Below, piece after piece: positions 57,301 through 64,000 of a stretch of 64,000 bases of DNA. Within the stretch, counting starts at the first letter, position 1. The number at the start of each line of letters is the position of its first letter. The DNA is from Eledone cirrhosa (lineage: Eukaryota). Under the pieces are notes generated by a model, which was given only the letters and a program-made list of their open reading frames with translations, was not told the DNA's origin and did no database searches. Where the stretch lies: assembly GCA_964016885.1 (NCBI GenBank), contig OZ024755.1:43400001-43464000 (forward strand), in the 5' to 3' direction. The position numbers and the translations under genes were made by a program.

Positions 57301-60300
57301 ATCTTTGCATACTCACACTATTACAAAGAGTTCCCAATCTTTGCCTACTCACACTATTAGAAAGAGTTCCTAATCTTTGCCTACTAACACTATTAGAAAG
57401 AGTCCCTAATCTTTGCATACTCACACTATTAGAAAGAGTTCCTAATCTAATCTTTGCTTACACACACTATTAGAAAGAGTTCCTAATTTTTGGATACTCA
57501 CACTACGAGAAAGAGTTCCTAATCTTTGCATACTCACACTATTACAAAGAGTTCCCAATCTTTGCCTACTCACACTATTAGAAAGAGTTCCTAATCTTTG
57601 CCTACTAACACTATTAGAAAGAGTCCCTAATCTTTGCATACTCACACTATTAGAAAGAGTTCCTAATCTTTCCATACTCACACTATTACAAAGAGTTCCC
57701 AATCTTTGCCTACTCACACTTTTAGAAAGAGTTCCCTATCTTTTCCTACTAACACTATTAGAAAGAGTTCCTAATCTTTGCCTACTAACACTATTAGAAA
57801 GAGTTCCTAATCTTTGCCTACTAACACTATTAGAAAGAGTTCCTAATCTTTGCATACTCACACTATTACAAAGAGATCCCAATCTTTGCCTACTCACACT
57901 ATTAGAAAGAGTTCCTTATCTTTTCATACTAACACTATTAGAAATAGTTCCCAATCTTCGCCTACTAACACTATTAGAAAGAGTTCATAATCTTTGCTTA
58001 CTCACACTATTCGAAAGGAGTTCCTACTCTTTGCATACTAACACTATTAGAAAGAGTTCCTAATATTTGCATACTCACACTATTAGAAAGAGTTCCCAAT
58101 CTTTGCATACTCACACTATTAGAAAGAGTTCTTAATATTTGCATACTCACACTATTAGAAAGAGTCCGTAATCTTTGCATACTCACACTATTAGAAAGAA
58201 TTCCTAATAATTGCATACTCACACTATTAGAAAGAGTTCCTAATCTTTGCATACTCACACTATTAGAAAGATTTCCCAATCTTTGCCTACTCACACTATT
58301 AGAAAGAGTTCCTAATCTTTGCATACTCACACTATTAGAAAGAGTTCCTAATATTTGCATACTCACGCTATTAGAAAGAGTTCCTAATCTTTTCCTACTA
58401 ACACTTTTAGAAAGAGTTCCCTATCTTTTCCTACTAACACTATTAGAAATAGTTCCCAATCTTCGCCTACTAACACTATTAGAAAGAGTTCATAATCTTT
58501 GCTTACTCACACTATTAGAAAGAGTTCCTACTCTTTGCATACTAACACTATTAGAAAGAGTTCCTAATATTTTCATACTCACACTATTAGAAAGAGTTCC
58601 CAATCTTTGCATACTCACACTATTAGAAAGAGTTCCTAATCTTTGCAAACTCACACTATTAGAAAGAGTTCCTAATCTAATCTTTGCCTACACACACTAT
58701 TAGAAAGAGTTCCTAATTTTTGGATACTCACACTATGAGAAAGAGTTCCTAATCTTTGCATACTCACACTATTACAAAGAGTTCCCAATCTTTGCCTACT
58801 AACACTATTAGAAAGAGTTCCTAATCTTTGCATACTCACACAATTGGAAAGAGTTCCTAATCTTTGCATACTCACACTATTAGAAAGAGTTCTTAATATT
58901 TGCATACTCACACTATTAGAAAGACCGTAATCTTTGCATACTCACACTATTAGAAAGAATTCCTAATAATTGCATACTCACACTATTAGAAAGAGTTCCT
59001 AATCTTTGCATACTTACACTATTAGAAAGATTTCCCAATCTTTGCCTACTCACACTATTAGAAAGAGTTCCTAATCTTTGCATACTCACACTATTAGAAA
59101 GAGTTCCTAATATTTGCATACTCACACTATTAGAAAGAGTTCCTCATCTTTGCATACTCACACTATTAGAAAGAGTTCCTAATCTTTGCCTACTAACACT
59201 ATTAGAAAGAGTTCCTAATCTTTGCATACTCACACAATTGGAGAGAGTTCCTAATCTTTGCATACTCACACTATTAGAAAGAGTTCTTAATATTTGCATA
59301 CTCACACTATTAGAAAGAGTCCGTAATCTTTGCATACTCACACTATTAGAAAGAGTCCGTAATCTTTGCATACTCACACTATTAGAAAGAGTTCCTAATA
59401 TTTGCATACTCACGCTATTAGAAAGAGTTCCTAATCTTTTCCTACTAACACTTTTAGAAAGAGTTCCCTATCTTTTCCTACTAACACTATTAGAAATAGT
59501 TCCCAATCTTCGCCTACTAACACTATTAGAAAGAGTTCATAATCTTTGCTTACTCACACTATTAGAAAGAGTTCCTACTCTTTGCATACTAACACTATTA
59601 GAAAGAGTTCCTAATATTTGCATACTCACACTATTAGAAAGAGTTCCCAATCTTTGCATACTCACACTATTAGAAAGAGTTCCTAATCTTTGCAAACTCA
59701 CACTATTAGAAAGAGTTCCTAATCTAATCTTTGCCTACACACACTATTAGAAAGAGTTCCTAATTTTTGGATACTCACACTATGAGAAAGAGTTCCTAAT
59801 CTTTGCATACTCACACTATTACAAAGAGTTCCCAATCTTTGCCTACTAACACTATTAGAAAGAGTTCCTAATCTTTGCATACTCACACAATTGGAAAGAG
59901 TTCCTAATCTTTGCATACTCACACTATTAGAAAGAGTTCTTAATATTTGCATACTCACACTATTAGAAAGACCGTAATCTTTGCATACTCACACTATTAG
60001 AAAGAATTCCTAATAATTGCATACTCACACTATTAGAAAGAGTTCCTAATCTTTGCATACTCACACTATTAGAAAGATTTCCCAATCTTTGCCTACTCAC
60101 ACTATTAGAAAGAGTTCCCAATCTTCGCCTACTAACACTATTAGAAAGAGTTCATAATCTTTGCTTACTCACACTATTAGAAAGAGTTCCTACTCTTTGC
60201 ATACTAACACTATTAGAAAGAGTTCCTAATATTTGCATACTCACACTATTAGAAAGAGTTCCCAATCTTTGCATACTCACACTATTAGAAAGAGTTCCTA

Positions 60301-60550
60301 ATCTTTGCAAACTCACACTATTAGAAAGAGTTCCTAGTCTAATCTTTGCCTACACACACTATTAGAAAGAGTTCCTAATTTTTGGATACTCACACTACGA
60401 GAAAGAGTTCCTAATCTTTGCATACTCACACTATTACAAAGAGTTCCCAATCTTTGCCTACTCACACTATTAGAAAGAGTTCCTAATCTTTGCCTACTAA
60501 CACTATTAGAAAGAGTCCCTAATCTTTGCATACTCACACTATTAGAAAGA
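54329..60550 (+). repeat. Tandem 86-monomer HOR (3113 bp) x2
   Basis: Six ORF pairs are offset 3113 = 86x36+4x5-2x2+1. The private +1 monomer TTCGAAAGGAG (~54897, ~58010) and CCTAGTCTAAT (~57220, ~60333) are in both copies. Confidence 0.93.
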
Positions 60551-63400
60551 GTTCCCAATCTTTCCATACTCACACTATTACAAAGAGTTCCCAATCTTTG
60601 CCTACTCACACTTTTAGAAAGAGTTCCCTATCTTTTCCTACTAACACTATTAGAAAGAGTTCCTAATCTTTGCCTACTAACACTATTAGAAAGAGTTCAT
60701 AATCTTTGCTTACTCACACTATTCGAAAGAGTTCCTACTCTTTGCATACTAACACTATTAGAAAGAGTTCCTAATATTTGCATACTCACACTATTAGAAA
60801 GAGTTCCCAATCTTTGCATACTCACACTATTAGAAAGAGTTCTTAATATTTGCATACTCACACTATTAGAAAGAGTCCGTAATCTTTGCATACTCACACT
60901 ATTAGAAAGAATTCCTAATAATTGCATACTCACACTATTAGAAAGAGTTCCTAATCTTTGCATACTCACACTATTAGAAAGATTTCCCAATCTTTGCCTA
61001 CTCACACTATTAGAAAGAGTTCCTAATCTTTGCATACTCACACTATTAGAAAGAGTTCCTAATATTTGCATACTCACGCTATTAGAAAGAGTTCCTAATC
61101 TTTTCCTACTAACACTTTTAGAAAGAGTTCCCTATCTTTTCCTACTAACACTATTAGAAATAGTTCCCAATCTTCGCCTACTAACAGTATTAGAAAGAGT
61201 TCATAATCTTTGCTTACTCACACTATTAGAAAGAGTTCCTACTCTTTGCATACTAACACTATTAGAAAGAGTTCCTAATATTTTCATACTCACACTATTA
61301 GAAAGAGTTCCCAATCTTTGCATACTCACACTATTAGAAAGAGTTCCTAATCTTTGCAAACTCACACTATTAGAAAGAGTTCCTAATCTAATCTTTGCCT
61401 ACACACACTATTAGAAAGAGTTCCTAATTTTTGGATACTCACACTATGAGAAAGAGTTCCTAATCTTTGCATACTCACACTATTACAAAGAGTTCCCAAT
61501 CTTTGCCTACTAACACTATTAGAAAGAGTTCCTAATCTTTGCATACTCACACAATTGGAAAGAGTTCCTAATCTTTGCATACTCACACTATTAGAAAGAG
61601 TTCTTAATATTTGCATACTCACACTGTTAGAAAGACCGTAATCTTTGCATACTCACACTATTAGAAAGAATTCCTAATAATTGCATACTCACACTATTAG
61701 AAAGAGTTCCTAATCTTTGCATACTCACACTATTAGAAAGATTTCCCAATCTTTGCCTACTCACACTATTAGAAAGAGTTCCTAATCTTTGCATACTCAC
61801 ACTATTAGAAAGAGTTCCTAATATTTGCATACTCACACTATTAGAAAGAGTTCCTCATCTTTGCATACTCACACTATTAGAAAGAGTTCCTAATCTTTGC
61901 CTACTAACACTATTAGAAAGAGTTCCTAATCTTTGCATACTCACACAATTGGAGAGAGTTCCTAATCTTTGCATACTCACACTATTAGAAAGAGTTCTTA
62001 ATATTTGCATACTCACACTATTAGAAAGAGTCCCTAATCTTTGCATACTCACACTATTAGAAAGAGTCCGTAATCTTTGCATACTCACACTATTAGAAAG
62101 AGTTCCTAATATTTGCATACTCACGCTATTAGAAAGAGTTCCTAATCTTTTCCTACTAACACTTTTAGAAAGAGTTCCCTATCTTTTCCTACTAACACTA
62201 TTAGAAATAGTTCCCAATCTTCGCCTACTAACACTATTAGAAAGAGTTCATAATCTTTGCTTACTCACACTATTATAAAGAGTTCCTACTCTTTGCATAC
62301 TAACACTATTAGAAAGAGTTCCTAATATTTGCATACTCACACTATTAGAAAGAGTTCCCAATCTTTGCATACTCACACTATTAGAAAGAGTTCCTAATCT
62401 TTGCAAACTCACACTATTAGAAAGAGTTCCTAATCTAATCTTTGCCTACACACACTATTAGAAAGAGTTCCTAATTTTTGGATACTCACACTATGAGAAA
62501 GAGTTCCTAATCTTTGCATACTCACACTATTACAAAGAGTTCCCAATCTTTGCCTACTAACACTATTAGAAAGAGTTCCTAATCTTTGCATACTCACACA
62601 ATTGGAAAGAGTTCCTAATCTTTGCATACTCACACTATTAGAAAGAGTTCTTAATATTTGCATACTCACACTATTAGAAAGACCGTAATCTTTGCATACT
62701 CACACTATTAGAAAGAATTCCTAATAATTGCATACTCACACTATTAGAAAGAGTTCCTAATCTTTGCATACTCACACTATTAGAAAGATTTCCCAATCTT
62801 TGCCTACTCACACTATTAGAAAGAGTTCCCAATCTTCGCCTACTAACACTATTAGAAAGAGTTCATAATCTTTGCTTACTCACACTATTAGAAAGAGTTC
62901 CTACTCTTTGCATACTAACACTATTAGAAAGAGTTCCTAATATTTGCATACTCACACTATTAGAAAGAGTTCCCAATCTTTGCATACTCACACTATTAGA
63001 AAGAGTTCCTAATCTTTGCAAACTCACACTATTAGAAAGAGTTCCTAATCTAATCTTTGCCTACACACACTATTAGAAAGAGTTCCTAATTTTTGGATAC
63101 TCACACTACGAGAAAGAGTTCCTAATCTTTGCATACTCACACTATTACAAAGAGTTCCCAATCTTTGCCTACTCACACTATTAGAAAGAGTTCCTAATCT
63201 TTGCCTACTAACACTATTAGAAAGAGTCCCTAATCTTTGCATACTCACACTATTAGAAAGAGTTCCTAATCTTTCCATACTCACACTATTACAAAGAGTT
63301 CCCAATCTTTGCCTACTCACACTTTTAGAAAGAGTTCCCTATCTTTTCCTACTAACACTATTAGAAAGAGTTCCTAATCTTTGCCTACTAACACTATTAG
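57970..63400 (+). repeat. 75-monomer HOR (2711 bp) x2, a shorter relative overlapping the 3113-bp HOR
   Basis: ORF pairs 58672/61383, 58916/61627, 59144/61855, 59719/62430 and 60334/63045 are offset 2711 = 75x36+3x5-2x2. Confidence 0.9.
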
Positions 63401-64000
63401 AAAGAGTTCCTAATCTTTGCCTACTAACACTATTAGAAAGAGTTCCTAATCTTTGCATACTCACACTATTAGAAAGAGTTCCTAATCTTTGCATACTCAC
63501 ACTATTACAAAGAGATCCCAATCTTTGCCTACTCACACTATTAGAAAGAGTTCCTCATCTTTGCATACTCACACTATTAGAAAGAGTTCCTAATCTTTGC
63601 CTACTAACACTATTAGAAAGAGTTCCTAATCTTTGCATACTCACACAATTAGAGAGAGTTCCTAATCTTTGCATACTCACACTATTAGAAAGAGTTCTTA
63701 ATATTTGCATACTCACACTATTAGAAAGAGTCCGTAATCTTTGCATACTCACACTATTAGAAAGAATTCCTAATAATTGCATACTCACACTATTAGAAAG
63801 AGTTCCTAATCTTTGCATACTCACACTATTAGAAAGATTTCCCAATCTTTGCCTACTCACACTATTAGAAAGAGTTCCTAATCTTTGCATACTCACACTA
63901 TTACAAAGAGTTCCTAATATTTGCATACTCACGCTATTAGAAAGAGTTCCTAATCTTTTCCTACTAACACTTTTAGAAAGAGTTCCTTATCTTTTCCTAC

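Larger units (their letters stand above)
1..64000 (+). repeat. 36-bp tandem satellite array (~1,770 monomers), consensus ACTATTAGAAAGAGTTCCTAATCTTTGCATACTCAC; runs off both window ends
   Basis: The same 36-mer recurs in register and in one orientation from base 1 to 64000. Most copies differ from consensus by 0-4 substitutions. The ORF track shows a 12-aa period throughout. Copy number is estimated as 64000/36. Confidence 0.99.
44100..64000 (+). repeat. Right satellite domain: near-identical tandem HORs
   Basis: TTTTTGGATAC, CACGCTATT, GTTCCCTATC, GAAATAGTTCCCAATCTTCG and the 34-bp GAAAGACCGT monomer become standard here. The middle-domain markers ACAACGAGAT, ACACCATTAG and GAAATATTTCAT were not noticed. 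Confidence 0.82.

Noticed and set aside
2600-62278. Plus-strand ORFs (LLERVPNLCILT)n, up to 823 aa, as real CDS
   Set aside because: The starts I checked are TTA>TTG variants. Stops (CTATGA, GAATGA) and frameshifting 41/34-bp monomers are amplified within HORs. Kept only as a low-ranked origin hypothesis.
580-63932. The many minus-strand ORFs (SMQRLGTLSNSV)n, up to 558 aa
   Set aside because: A 36-bp unit with a stop-free frame gives these automatically. They end at recurrent variant stops or indels and have no unique domains or gene context.
1-64000. CRISPR array: the unit is 36 bp and, phased as GTTCCTAAT...ATTAGAAAG(A), has the GTT start, GAAAG end and partial dyad typical of some CRISPR repeats
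   Set aside because: There are no spacers; units abut directly. There is no leader or cas gene, and variants are arranged in HORs as in satellite DNA. The resemblance is probably coincidental, and a CRISPR repeat database search would settle it.
1-64000. Telomeric repeat array (TTAGG occurs on the minus strand within ATTAGGAAC)
   Set aside because: TTAGG/CCTAA occurs once per 36 bp, not in tandem. The CTAATCTAAT duplication is not (CCTAA)n. A long complex telomeric or subtelomeric unit cannot be excluded without chromosome position.
1-64000. Heat-shock element or LexA/Cheo box in GAAAGAGTTC
   Set aside because: HSE needs GAA-N2-TTC and here the spacing is N4. The Cheo box needs GAAC-N4-GTTC, which does not match.
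1-64000. Transposon insertions, inversions, tRNA/rRNA or unique islands within the array
   Set aside because: None were seen on reading through. Every stretch aligns to the monomer in the same orientation.
1-64000. Sequencing artefact such as a rolling-circle or adapter concatemer
   Set aside because: Variants are shared in ordered, nested, position-dependent patterns with very few indels, which fits evolved sequence rather than random read error. Exact HOR copy numbers could still be mis-assembled.
1-64000. Plasmid iterons or a diversity-generating cassette array
   Set aside because: There is no Rep, recombinase or reverse transcriptase gene, and the scale far exceeds iteron arrays.

Overview
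The whole 64 kb is one uninterrupted, head-to-tail satellite array on a single strand. It holds about 1,770 copies of a 36-bp, 33% GC monomer (consensus ACTATTAGAAAGAGTTCCTAATCTTTGCATACTCAC). I see no unique sequence, gene, RNA gene, transposon, inversion or CRISPR spacer. All listed ORFs are explained by a 36-bp unit having two stop-free frames: + (LLERVPNLCILT)n and - (SMQRLGTLSNSV)n. The real structure is in the variants. Diagnostic substitutions and a few indel monomers (41, 34, 37, 35 and 33 bp) form ordered strings. These define nested higher-order repeats (HORs) of 149, 221, 293, 468, 653, 792, 1049, 1594, 2382/2418, 2711, 3113 and ~3.9 kb, plus long-range duplications at offsets 7674, 9120, 10349, 13825 and 16803 bp. 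The array is layered into three domains with different variant sets. The monomer carries a 19-bp imperfect palindrome and splice-signal/STAR-protein-like motifs (TACTAAC/TACTCAC on +, GTGAGT on -). It is most likely eukaryotic heterochromatic or centromeric-type satellite. I cannot identify the organism or family, and all functional ideas below are hypotheses.
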